Assembly: GCA_000934665.2 (NCBI GenBank)
Contig: KZ538224.1
Location: 124,001 to 188,000 of the forward strand
Length of the DNA stretch: 64,000 bases
Direction: 5' to 3'
Source: Catajapyx aquilonaris
Taxonomy: Eukaryota
The position numbers were made by a program, and so were the translations under genes. Under the pieces are notes generated by a model. That model was not told the origin of the DNA and did no database searches. It worked only from the letters and a program-made list of their open reading frames with translations. Position 1 is the first letter of the stretch. Every line of letters starts with the position of its first letter. Below are positions 26,306 through 38,668 of this stretch, one piece after another.

Positions 26306-29300
26306 TTATGCCAACTTCCATTGGTGACACTGTCATTATGAGAGAAAAAATCAGCCTTCAACAACTGGACAGTTTAAAAGGTTGTTAAGCACATTTAGGC
26401 TAACTGAGGACTTTAACGACGTGAGTTGGGTTAGCCGAGTGCATACTGAGAGCTAACTGGGATGATATGATATGAAACAGCAGAACAAGTGGGTCTAAAT
26501 GCTCTCTCTCTCCAGAGATCCCTAAATTTTCCGGGATATTGATTGTACAGGGCACATTCGGGTCTTGAAGTACATGAAGTCAAATAAGCATATAAATACG
26601 CACACACATGGGGTCTGAATGCTTTCCCACAGTAGATAAACGCAACGGGAGGGAGACTATTCCCTGTATGTATTCATCTGTAAATTAAACCAAAGCGCAC
26701 AGGTAGGGCTAATGTTGGCTTTTGGCCAATCCGAACTGCTCTTTGCATACATCGTGTAGGCAACTAACGAGGTCGTGTTGATTTTGCGCGGACAAAATTT
26801 CAGCGGCTGAAATTGTATAAGGGACATGGGGATTTTTTTTTGTAAGCCGAGTTCTCTCTGTACCTGTATCCTATTAGTAATGACCGGTTTGCAAAATGGG
26901 GGTAAAATGCAGAGGTACTGTAGAATGAGTTGTGTGAGCAGCATTGCCGGAGTTGAAAAGCAATGAAATGGGAATAAGTGCCGGTTGGGTTTTTAAATGT
27001 CTGGCTACATGCTTTTGGTTATTTTCTGAGCATGGAACAGTTTTTTGCTTGCTTGATAAAAAGTCAACAGGAGACTATGTTATAATTATAGGCAGGAAAA
27101 ATTATTAGTTGCATTTTTGGAAAATAATGATGATGACGTAATAAAATGTTCAATCATACTAATCTTGTAATTGACATAAGTGGATGTTGGGGTCAATGTT
27201 TGAGGATTTGCAATTTTAAAGGTTAAAAGGATCACGAAAGCCTGAAATAATTTACCCTATACAGTATTTAGAATTTTCTTACATTAATTTAAAATAATGA
27301 GTATGTAAATCACTTATTCACTACAATTGACATGTAAAACATGATGAGTTCGCAATATTTGTGCACTAACAAAATAAGAATCAATATAAAAGTTAAGTAA
27401 ATACAAATTAAGGATAAAACCAGAGATTGAACTATACATATTAATAATATCACGCTGTGCGGGATATAGAAAAGTAATTTTACTTGCTAATATTGTTTGA
27501 ACCTAGTGTTACATTTCAATGCACAACCTAAAGACAAATTAAATGTGCCTGCATTTCTACGAGTAATCAGTTTAGAAGGCAATTAAATAACTTACAAACT
27601 AAACTAAACAGGCTAGGCTTAAGTCACATACTAATAATACACGCTTCACATAGTTGGGCCATAATTGAGAAACAAATTATTCGGTGCAATAATAACTCGC
27701 GCGGAACACAAAATTACACACTAGGAAGAACCAAATGAAAAGGTTCAAACTGCGGTATATTCTTAGCGAAATAATAATAATAATAATAATGTGCTCTTTC
27801 AGAAGCAGATGTACAGAATCTCACGTTTGATGGATGATTAATAATTCGCCCTCCCAAGATTATTTGTTTGTTTGCCGCACCTTACAGTTCAAAGAGAACC
27901 TTCTCCGATGTGGGGACTCCGCAAAGAGGCTTTCTTAACAGTTGTTAAAGACATCATTTTCATGCCCGACTACGCAGCCTTAACAGAAATTTCCTCTTCA
28001 GACAAAGGCAGCTCAGAAGTCTTGCGCGAAATATCTACCTACATATTAGGCCTCCAGACTTAGACCTCCACTTGCAGATTTATTAGCCTCAAAATGTAAT
28101 TTAATTAGCCCCTTTGTTTCGCGCTGGTGCTGAGTTTTCCTGCGGAAAAGTGGAATACAGCTGCAAAGCAAGGGATTTTAATCACAAAGTAGTCAGACTT
28201 GCGGAGGAAAACGGGGAGGAGAAAAAACGAATCGACGCCTGAAAGGCTTGGCGAAAAGAAAGAAAGAAAAAAATTGGTTGACATTAAAATTATCCGGTTA
28301 CTTTCCCCCGCATTGGAGATGAAAAGAGACCATATTACGTATACCGTCTTGAGAGATAGTGCTCTGAGAAATAATGCGATTTGCTGGTGAAACCATATGT
28401 TGTAAAGCATCTCTGTAACTTATCCATTACGAAATGTTTGTTGCTCTTACATATTAAACAATACTTCCTGTAACACGGATGAGCAGCTACCTGTTCGAAA
28501 GCAAGCAAATTGCAAACCCGAAGTGTAAAATCTGTCCGAAGCGTCATCCTCGATTGTATGTGTCCCGCAGCACAAGAGAGACTGAAGGTTTGCCCTGAAG
28601 AGTCAGGATAAGTGATAAAAATCAGGCCTGGTTTTTTCGGCGCAATTCCCTCGAGCACATTCAGCAAGAAACGAGCCTTTATTAGCAATTCATGCACAAA
28701 TTGCCATGTTCAGACCCGTATCAAAGCGTGACCTTTGTAATGTCAGCAACTCAACCCTGTAATTGCAGTTGTGCCCATTGCCCTTATGAATTCATGTAAC
28801 GTCTAAAATGACAGAGCGTCTTGGTCACAAACCACTTGAGAAACTACTCGGAGAGAGAGAGAGAGAGAGAAAGAAAAAAAAATCTAGGAGGAATATATAT
28901 GTGTACCTAGTGTGCAGCACAGGTCACAAGGTTTTCCGACAGCAATTTCGGTGGCGTGTGGTCGGAGAGAGCGGCCACTTCCGCTGGAAATAGGATTTCT
29001 CGGCGGGTTTCTTCTTCCGCCCCGATTCCTGACTGCACTTGAAGTTTCAATTTACTGGGGTAGGGGGTACTGGGCATGGTAGAAAAGAGAGTGAGAGAGA
29101 GGGGGGGGAACCACACACCGAGCCCAATTAAGGGGAGCCGTTCCCAATTTTTGCTCCCGAAGGCTACTCCCATTATTGTATAATTTCACATTAATCCAGG
29201 ACCCCGAAGTAATGACGGTGTAACACGAGAGCTTTCTTAAGGCGGATGAAGTACGACCTGCTAGGGTGATAGGAAGGGGGGCATAAATTGGTGGCCTGCT

Positions 29301-30905
29301 GTAATAATATTTCTATCGATTTAAGCCCCCCTCCTCGTACCCACAAAACCTAGATTACGTATTGAATAGAGACGTGTACATTGCGTGTTTCCATTCGATT
29401 TAAAATTGCGGGCAGATAAGACATCGATAAAAAATATATACAGAGGAGGGCTGTACCTTTAACCAGGCATAAATTTTCAACACTTTTTTTTATATCCGGG
29501 CCCAAGAAGATCGCTTGGGGAGGATAAATTGCTCGTAATTTCACCACAACGTCATCATACCAGATGAAAAATTTCTAATGCACAAGTTTTATCCGGTGTC
29601 ATCTCACGCTCACAAATTACGAGACAATATGGAGTAATATCCGGGTGTGCTATCTCCTAACCAGGCGAACATACACTTTTTGCCCCCAAAAATGGCGAAT
29701 AAGAAATACAGAATCTTGGAGCCTGGCGAGAAAGATAGCGCTCGAATATGTGCAGACAGGCGTTATATTCGCAGGGCCCTGCAAAGGAGAAATAAGAGGA
29801 ATATTTGAAGGCCTAGTCTCACTCGAAAAGCTCACTTCGACTACTACCGGGTTCTAATTAGTTCTTCCGAGGAGCCACCGCTTCGGCCTCCAGTTAAAAT
29901 TACTTCTCTGATGAACTTAATTAAAGCAACGTCGAGCTGTTTAAATAATTTAGAGAGAGAAAAAGGGGGAAAGTCGCAGCGGAAAAGTACTGCCGGAGAC
30001 ATTTTCTTTTGTCACCGAAAAATACATTTTCCAGTTTTTGTGATGAAAAATAATAAATCCGGAAGTCAAATAAATGCTCTGTGATTCTCCGACCGTTTTC
30101 TCTCTAAAGTTCCGGATTTTTTTTTCAGGGGGGGTAGGACGGAGACGAGATAAAAGGAATAACACAAGCCGGTCCTTTTTAATTGCTCCTGCGGAATCAG
30201 GCCCCGTTATTATGCGCGGCCTGAATTAGTTACTTAAACCGCTTATGAACCTCTTAGCTAACTCTGCGGTGTTATTTTTATGGCAATTTTACTGGCCCAC
30301 TACACTTTATGAGCGCTAAAAGCGTTACATTTCCATTATGGACACTCCACCCCCTCCCTCCTTCCCCCTCCTACTTTCCAAACTTGAACCAAAAAAAAAA
30401 GTTTTTTCCGCGCATTTAGTGATGCTATACCTAAATAACCTCATGAACCAATACGCTCCGCTTGTTTTTAATAACTGCACTTTTGGTGCTCATACCTTCA
30501 GGCAGAACGGTTTAATTACTGTTAGTAGGGTAATGATATTAGAAGCAATATGCGAATGTGAATAAACAGTACGTTTCAGTAGAGATACTGTACACGTCTA
30601 GGAAAGCGTATACCGGTATACAAAATTACTCGAAAATTAAACCGCTACATTGTAAATGCAATGAAAATACCAATTAAAAACTATGTTTTCTGGCGACAAT
30701 TTTATATGAACAGAGTAATCCCGGCAATAAAACACGTGACACGTAGAATGCAAAAAAATCTCTGAACAAAATGTTTATTTCAAGTGCAAGGTCACAATAT
30801 TTTTTTGATACGTGGACATACAGTATGTATTTATGGCGCAAATTTAACTCGAGAGCATTAATTCGTTCGTATTTCCAGTAAATTTCCAGTAAAATGTTGG
30901 AAATA

Positions 30906-31220
30906 GACGTGGAATTTGATCATAAAATTTTAACGAGGGACTTTATTTGCAAATTATTCCAACCTACTGAATTTGATTTAAAGCAAATAATTTCGGCTGA
31001 AAAAAAGCCTGGTTTCCGGTAGCCCCGAAATATCGACCGAAATTGTTATCATTCATTGTTATAATTTTTAGGGAAACATTGCAAAAGGACGTAAAATTAC
31101 TCATAAAATTTTAACGACTTTTTATTTGCCAATTATTCCAACCGAATAATTTAAAGCAGGACATTTCGTCTAAAATCTGGTTTCAGGTAGCCCTGAAATA
31201 TAGACCTAAATGTTGTCGAC
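30906..31220 (+). repeat. diverged tandem duplication, period about 181 bp
   Basis: TCATAAAATTTTAACGA..TTTATTTGC.AATTATTCCAACC...CTGGTTTC.GGTAGCCC.GAAATAT.GACC at 30920 and 31101. Confidence 0.85.
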
Positions 31221-32284
31221 AACATCCTTTTTGGGCTGACAAATTTTTCTGGAGGATGTGCAACAGGATATGAAAATTTTCCTGTTCAGCACCTTGAATA
31301 TTGGTGCAACATTTGGAGTTTATCCTTCGCCAAAATTTTATTTCCTTTTCCTCGTCGTGTTACCAAGGGGCAGGCACAGCCTGGCTTGAATCTTTTCAGG
31401 GCACACCCAAGAAAAGGATTTTTTTTTCCTGTGCGGAAACTCTGGGGTGGTGTGGCAAAGATGGACAGGAGTTAGGTGGGTGTAATGGCAAAGCGTGTCC
31501 GGCAGTCTAAGCGACCGAATTTACATGTGGAGCAGGCCGAAGGATGTCGTGGATGGTAATCTGAAGGCGGAGGAATTTCCAGGAGAAGAGAGAGTAGGGG
31601 TGGGGGTGCACTTCCATTCCTTATACCCCTTGGAAAAGTGGGTGGTGGTGGTGGTGGTGGGTTGGAAAAGGGTATAGTTGGAGAGGGGGGGGGGNGGGGG
31701 GGTTAGTCGCCCCGTGAAATGTCCCCATTTTCCAACCATCAGCAGCAGATGCCTCCTCGTCAGCCTGCTGACAGCCGCTGAACGCGTCCAATAAAAGTTG
31801 CCTGCTTTCATCAAACTTTTTCCCCCGGACCTGCGGCTCTCTACCTTCACCGCATGACTATCGGCTCCTTTTTCCTCCATAGCAACCTCCCTATCAAACG
31901 ATAGACTTCGGTCTCTTTAGTCTTCTCGCCAATTTTTTTTCGGGAGCCAATTTTTTTTGGCACACTTCCTTCCATACTCTGCTAATTATCTTTCCGGCAA
32001 TAGGATCGGAGCCAATCCTCCTTTTGAAGCGGGCTGGGTAACAATTGGCGTAGTTTTGGCTAAGAAGTGATTTCTCCTTTTGTGTGTGTGTGTGTGTGCG
32101 CGCGGATCCAGGGAGTGGAGGGCCCGAATATTGGAAATTGCAAAAAAGGCTTGAAAGCTCTGCCTGGTTCCCCCGGCCGAGTAGAGAGAATAACGAAGCC
32201 AATAAAATTGGCGAAAAAGAAAAGGAGCTAACGGTGGAAAAAAACGAGCCGATATGAAGATTGCGCATTAGACAAACAGGCTAG

Positions 32285-32582
32285 TTTTTAGACTTTTTCT
32301 AATTAAAAAAAATCTTATAGAACGACTCCGTCCGTCCTTCTGTGGACAGCTATCATGGCTTAAACTGAAGGAGATAACGACAAACGGATTTCAGATTCGG
32401 ATTCAGTGTACCCTATACACGTATGTAACCTGCCATTTTCGGACCCACTCTATCCTCCAAGGTCAAGTCTACGGCGGGAGTCCCTGTGTTCCTGGGAAAC
32501 TTACAACATTCCATGTCATTGTTGTCCAAGTTGAACTTCCTTGGCAAGGAGAAAAAGTCTACTCGAATCGCGTGATTGGTTT
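32285..32582 (+). mobile_element. family D (DINE-1/HINE-like) copy
   Basis: Subterminal inverted repeat AGACTTTTTC / GAAAAAGTCT, TCCGTCCGTCC microsatellite near the 5' end, and AATC-GCGT-GATT hairpin after the 3' subTIR; this is the HINE architecture. Confidence 0.72.
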
Positions 32583-32597
32583 AAAATAAATGTTTAA

Positions 32598-32690
32598 ACT
32601 GTCCACGTAGTACCTTACTTAGGTCACAGATGGCGCGTCTTCCCTCTCTGACCGCTACTGCCACTCAAAGTCGTGCGAGAGGTAGTGCAC
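32598..32690 (-). mobile_element. family H fragment
   Basis: ACTGTCCACGTAGTACC...CACAGATGGCGC...CTACTGCCACTC..AGTCGTGCGAGAGGTAGTG is the reverse complement of the core. Confidence 0.7.
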
Positions 32691-35600
32691 CTCAGTCCAT
32701 TGCTGAAAAAATTTCTATAGAAGAAATGAATACCTGATTCAGGATAGTGTGTGTATATGCGAATGTGCAAAAAGTGTGCGGGGAGTTTTGGTTTGTAGAG
32801 AGGGTTGGGCTGTGTGGGTGGGGGTGGGGGGACACCCCTCGCTTTTGGCGCTTGCTATCACGTCACATTCACGGCGTCAAGCGGGCAGGAAAGGCTTTGT
32901 GCGTGAGTTTGCGCCGAATAACGGGTCTGGCGTTAGAGAAATGCCTGTTGGGACGGCGGTGCGGTCGGAAAACATTCATGGGAAATGAGGCGCACCCCTC
33001 TCGGTTTCATGCATAGTCAACTCATTGCAGGTTCACAGGAAGCAAGTTGTTATTACACGGTCTACCGTGTTGATTAGTTTACCATTGAGTTCTCTCGGGA
33101 ACTGGAGAACTGTCAATATATCAAAGCCATACATTGTAATTGGCGTTTTCTGGGCTTGAGGCATGATAGCATTTTCAATTAGGGCGACGGCTGGACCCAT
33201 AAGGCCGGAATTGAAATTAAACGCTTTGCTCCATTTTGCCCCTGATAAGCATCGCCCTCCAAATCCCTCGATGCAATAATAGCAACAACAACAACTGATG
33301 CCATAATATTTTCCCTCTCGATCGGTCCAAGAATAGTATACGCTAATCGTACGATTATGACACAGACACACCCTGTAATTTATTGTCATATCTTATACGT
33401 GCAATATTATTTTATTAATTAAGTTATACCCCATAAGGGGGAAGTTTCTCTTATAATATTACATAGCCCATACACCCTAATGAATTTATTATATAATTGC
33501 ACATCATACGCACTTGACAATGATAATATTGTTATATTACAATATCATAAAAGACCATTTTCCTATGAATTGCAGAAAAGTAAAAACAGCTTATAAATAT
33601 TATACGGTTTACTTCACGGTAATGAGGAATAACTTAATATTGTCAACTAAAATAACTGCTCCACTAATACGCAGCTTTCTGTCAGACAATTTTAACAGTA
33701 GACTTTGCATTATCCGGACCATCCTGGCTGATATGCTTCCCTCCACACAAGAGAGTCGAAAGGGTTGTCCTGAACAGTCAGGATAAACGACAAAGGATAA
33801 CAATAAGTTGTTCAGCAAACAGAAAGTAGTGGCTAACTGGCTACTATTTCTGCACACAACTTAAACACAGTGTCGTAAAACGAGCCGTTCTTCTTCCTCC
33901 AGTATCATAAAATTTTAAAACAGCCTGACCGCGACTGTCCGGCAGAACTTTTTGACTCTTAAATAGGGCAATAGATATGCCGCTAAATGCGTGGTGCTTG
34001 AGGGCAATAGTAACATTGGGAGAGGAGGGGTTCTATCGATTTGGGACCAATAGTATGGCAGTGGGTGTCCCACGAAAGGGTTCCCGTGCGGGCCGGCGGG
34101 TCGTTGCGGCCGCCGAAATTACGGAATCCAGGGGCTTTGATCAGAAGGGAAACTACTTGTTCCGCACCCAACTTCCTCTGGCCGACATTACATGCGGCTT
34201 TTGCTCGTACATTAGGGAAAATCAGGGGAGTGGGCCATTTTTAGACGGGATCGATCTCCTCTCTCTCTCTCTCTCTCTCTCGGGGGCACAAGCAAACGCT
34301 GTAACGCCCATTGACGCAGGCCAAGTGCACAGGAGATTATTATGGGGGGATGCATTCCAACCGAATTCCCTTCATGCATGTTTTGGGGGGCTCCAACCCG
34401 GGTTTTGGCCACTTCTCGCCCAACAATCTCTACCTTTTCCACACCCATACAGCTTTGCTCCTGTTTATAAATTCTGCCTGACTTTGCCTGCTGACTTTGC
34501 ATTCCCGCACGAGCCTTTTGTTAGTCGAAACAGGCCTGTTGTTTCGCTTTTTAACAAATTCAACCAGGTTTTTGGATGAATTTTACATTTTATTTTCTGG
34601 GGAAGGTGCAATGTCTGGTATGAAAAGCGGCGAATACAATGCAGAGTGAGTCGTAACTTCAATTTTCATTCGGGGTTATTCCTTGGTCCAATACTAGACA
34701 AAAAAATTAATGTAAGGTAAGATATGTGGAAAAGCCAACCATGACTATAATTATTTTGTTGATAAAGTGACAGTTTACTTTCATGACCTACAGTCCAATT
34801 GAAACAAACATTTAAACTGCCATCCTGCAGTAAATGTGCCACTGTAATGCTAAGTACACTTGCGTTTACGTTTGTGGGAAATCTGTGCATTATTCAGCAA
34901 ACTGAGCAAGGTACTGTATACCCGTAATGTTATTGCTAATTGCCTGCTTTATAATGTGGGTGGAGCTCTAGTAATAATTTAAATGGCAAATTCTAATTAA
35001 TATATACTCTATAAATGCGAAATTATTGACGGCTTTTTAATAAGGGAAGGGGAAATGGACCGTGTAATTAATGGTACACAAAAAAGGTAATCCCAACTGC
35101 TCAGGGTTTTGCATATTATATCCGCGACCTAGAATTAATATTTTTGGCTGTTCCCGTGGCGATTAGAACTATCGAAATTCGATAATGATGACATCTAGTA
35201 GTTTAATTTTGTCTACTGTAGAGCATTGAAATGGTGACCAAAAATCCATACAATTTATAACAGCCTTTTTATTTACAAAGGTACATCGCAGTTCAAAACT
35301 GCAATAAATATGGGATCTGCAAAACGTGATTTTTTTTTGCCACGGTGGTATTTTTAAAACAACATTTCCGCGAGGCAACAGCCACAAATATAATACGGTT
35401 TTGTACAGTATTCTCCAACAAGTCCATTTGAAAAAACTACAACTACTACATACCTGCATACCTCCCCCTATACACTAACCGAGAACGACGCATGAAAATA
35501 ATATTACGCTCGCAACCATGACAAGTTAATTTTGCATCCACCTGTAATTAGTACCGAGGATATAACCATGTTTATGCATATAGAAAAGAGGAAGAGTTAC

Positions 35601-37095
35601 TGAAATCTAATTTCCTGCGCAAAAGCAGCAACATTATAATTATATGGTGTCCCAATTAAGGTAATCATTTGTCTTTGATAATTAGGTTTGATCGGAGCCA
35701 GGACTTGTCAAAAATATCATTTCGACTCTAACAGGTGAGTTTGTCCGACTTACCCCTGTTGATCAATAATGTGACCTTGATATTTCCTTCGATGACATAT
35801 GAGTTAAAATTTTGCTGATTTTTTTTAACGGACGAAATCAACTTCCGCATGTTATAAATAGGCTATGGTACCATGCAGTTTCGCCACAGGACGTCGATTA
35901 GCTGCATATTCTTTTTAAAAGCGAACATTTGAATCGATAAGTCAATAAATAAATTCCGTGCTCCTTAAGGCAAGATGTGTGCTAGAACATGGCATACCAA
36001 ACAACCGTAATTATGTGGGCGTGGATCCCTCTACCTAACAATCTAACAACCTAATATAATAATGAACAGCAGTGTACGCTGATGTAAAAAAAAAGTTTAC
36101 TCGAATTATTGCAGGCCCGCACGTGTACAGAATAATTGCGCAAGTGAAATAATGCAGGAATAATCAAGGCTGCAGAATGTGACAAAGTTTGTGTGTGCTA
36201 AAATAATTGCGATGTGGCACTGGATCAATGCGGGGGTCTGTTTGAATAAAGTTTCTAGCAAGTTATTGTTGTTGCAAGACTTTTGCTTCACAAAGTCAAA
36301 CCATGCGTCCCATGCATAAGTCAAGTCTTTTCCCGACGCGTCCAGGTACATATCTCAAGCTTTAAGCGTCCAATTGAGACCAATAATCGAGTTCTTACCT
36401 GGCCCGAAGTCGGGTCACGCTCCTCTCGCTACGGGACCATTCCCGCGCCTCTGTGTCGCAGAGAGAGAACAAAAAGAGAGAAAAAAAACTTATCCGGAAC
36501 AAAAAAAAAAAAGACAAGTAATTGTCACTGTCCTATACTACGGAGGGAAAGTCACCCATGCCATATCACCACAAACACTGTTTATTATTCGGAGGCCGAA
36601 ACCACAAAATCACCCGGAGAAAGCACAACCCGGAGAAGTAGTGTCCGGAGCAAGAGGCAGCCCCCGTTTGACGCCTGGCGCCCGTAAACCCCCGGGTAGT
36701 AGACCCCCCTGTTCCGTATTTAGGAGGTGGGGAGGGGGGGAGGGTTGTCCAGACACACAAGCGGCGCGCGTCTGAGCTTGACTTGCGCCAGCCACCGACG
36801 CCGACGACGCCCGACGACGACGCCGCCGGCACAGGGGCTTATACACTGCCGGAGCAGATTGGAAGCCAATAACGCAATTTGGGGTTGATGGAAGTGTTGC
36901 TGGAGTGTGTACAGAGAAAGTTTCTCCAGGATTTCCATGATAAGAGAGAATTCCAGGAGCGACATTGTTGTGTACCTCCAAAGGCATGAAATGTCACCAA
37001 AACGTGAAGTAGGTTCATGTAAAGAAAGAGCTCCGCCACGCTGCGATACTTGTGGATATCTATTAATTTCCACCACTGTACATAATAGTACGGCA

Positions 37096-37191
37096 CTATA
37101 GCAGCGGAGCCCGCACTTCGCAGGACCTGTTTCCATGGTTTGATGCCGTGGACGAACAAACAACCAAACTTTCCCTTATGTATAGGTAAGA
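37096..37191 (-). mobile_element. small Helitron-like element, family E
   Basis: Minus strand starts A|TCTTACCTATAC...GTTTGTT and ends GCGGGCTCCGCTGCTATAG|T; homologous to 54752-54895. Confidence 0.55.
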
Positions 37192-37356
37192 TAGGCGTGA
37201 CTTTGTCCGTGCACGCGTTAATCCATCATCTAAGTGCATGTAATTGCCATAGTTACCACGTGTGGTGGAAGTGGTGCTGTGCAGATACGCGCCATCTGGT
37301 TGTGGAATGTCGTACTACTTCCAAGTAGGGAGAGGTCTGGGCAGTGTTGCCAAATT
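37192..37356 (+). mobile_element. family H copy (diverged)
   Basis: TAGGCGTGACTTTGTCC...GCGCCATCTGGTTGTGG...CGTACTAC...GGGCAGTGTTGCCAA aligns with the 2149 and 50306 copies. Confidence 0.65.
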
Positions 37357-37404
37357 TTAGATGATAGATGATAGATTTTACATGTTTAAAAAATGAGCAG
37401 ACTG

Positions 37405-37980
37405 AAGAAATAACAAAATTGGCAAATCACGCGGGATTCGAGTATACCTTTCTCATTACTAAGGAAATTTCAACTGGACAACAATGACAGAGTGTTGTAA
37501 CTCTCGCATCCTGTTTCCAAGGAACCCAATGACACCCGGTCCTAGACTTGACCTTGGCGGGTAGAGTGGACCCGGAAAACCGGAAGTTGGCTATGAATCC
37601 TATTTGAATCGGTTTTAGGAAAAAGGATGTAAGTCACAAAATTGCGATTTTCAGGTTATTCGTCGATGGTATAGTACAACGCAAGGGGCATCTTTTGGTA
37701 TAGGAACGATGTAAGTCAGGCCAGCCATGCACGAATAGCAGCATGTTATCATATCATGATTCTTGGCATAACGCCCTAAGTCAGTGACAGTTTTTTGTCA
37801 TTCTCCAAAAGTTGTATTTCTGTGACTTACATCCTTTTTCCTAAAACCGATTCATTTAGGGTCCGCTGAATCCGAATCCGAAAACCGTTTGTCGCTATAT
37901 CCTGCGGGTTAGGCCCTGATACCTGTCCACAGACGTACAGACGGACAGGGCAACTTTTCTTTGTAGAAAAAAGTCTAAAA
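37405..37980 (-). mobile_element. family D copy split by a nested MITE
   Basis: Reverse complement begins TTTTAGACTTTTTTC...GTCCGTCTG and ends ACTCGAATCCCGCGTGATTTG; colinear with the 7151 and 32285 copies once 37606-37853 is removed. Confidence 0.75.
37606..37853. mobile_element. 248-bp MITE with perfect 33-bp TIRs and 4-bp TSD
   Basis: TIR GAATCGGTTTTAGGAAAAAGGATGTAAGTCACA (37606-37638) with exact reverse complement at 37821-37853; ATTT at 37602-37605 and 37854-37857. Confidence 0.9.
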
Positions 37981-38570
37981 GTGCAAATTTTGCGAGAGAA
38001 CGTAAGTCCGAGGCCTATCTTTCGACACGCCTATAAAATGTCGAGTTAGTGCTTATTCTTCCAGAGAATATTGCAGGTGCGCGCATGATTTCTCAGAGGA
38101 CGACTGGGTAATGAAAGGTTTGCAGTGTACCGTTGTTATTATTATTGCATCTCGTATATTATGCTTGCAGGTGTGGAGATATTTCTTCTCTTTTGCTTTT
38201 GCGGGTTTAAAAGCGCAGGGGTCTCCTGGAAATCCGGATCGTTGGAGGTGCCTGGCTCCGACCCCCCGTTCTTCAAATATGGATGCGGTTAATAAACCAG
38301 TGGCACCGTTTTGTTCGTAATGGAATTAACCGGTGCAGTCGTGTCCCATCACTTGGAATGGGGCAGACCTCCCCTGCTAATGTATGATTCGGGGGGAAAT
38401 GTAGCTGCTCCGATGGCAACCGGATTGTAAAAGCACATGGAAAAATCAAAGTCCATCCATGTGTTCTCGAGATGTTCTGGCCGTTAAATTACGGTACAAT
38501 TCACCGTGTATAATTATGCGGGTTTATAATTGCGCTGAAGCTCAGTTTTTCCGATTAAATAAGCATCGAA

Positions 38571-38668
38571 AGTACCATATCCCTCACATAGATGGCGTTT
38601 CTCTGCACACTACTGCCACTCTCAGGGTCGTCCGGACAAACAGAGGCACAGACTCAACCCAATCTATA
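38571..38668 (-). mobile_element. family H copy with internal deletion
   Basis: CCCTCACATAGATGGCG...CACACTACTGCCACTCTCAGGGTCGTCCGGACAAACAGAGGCACAGACTC. Confidence 0.78.

Noticed and set aside
28335..28344. TTACGTATAC match to the start of miR-iab-8 (would imply a Hox cluster)
   Set aside because: Only 10 nt match and there is no iab-4/8 hairpin. No miR-10, miR-993 or homeobox was seen, so Hox-cluster identity is unsupported.
33977..34579. Longest ORF (200 aa)
   Set aside because: Runs through a (CT)n microsatellite (LSLSLSLS), has no recognisable motif and no supporting splice structure.
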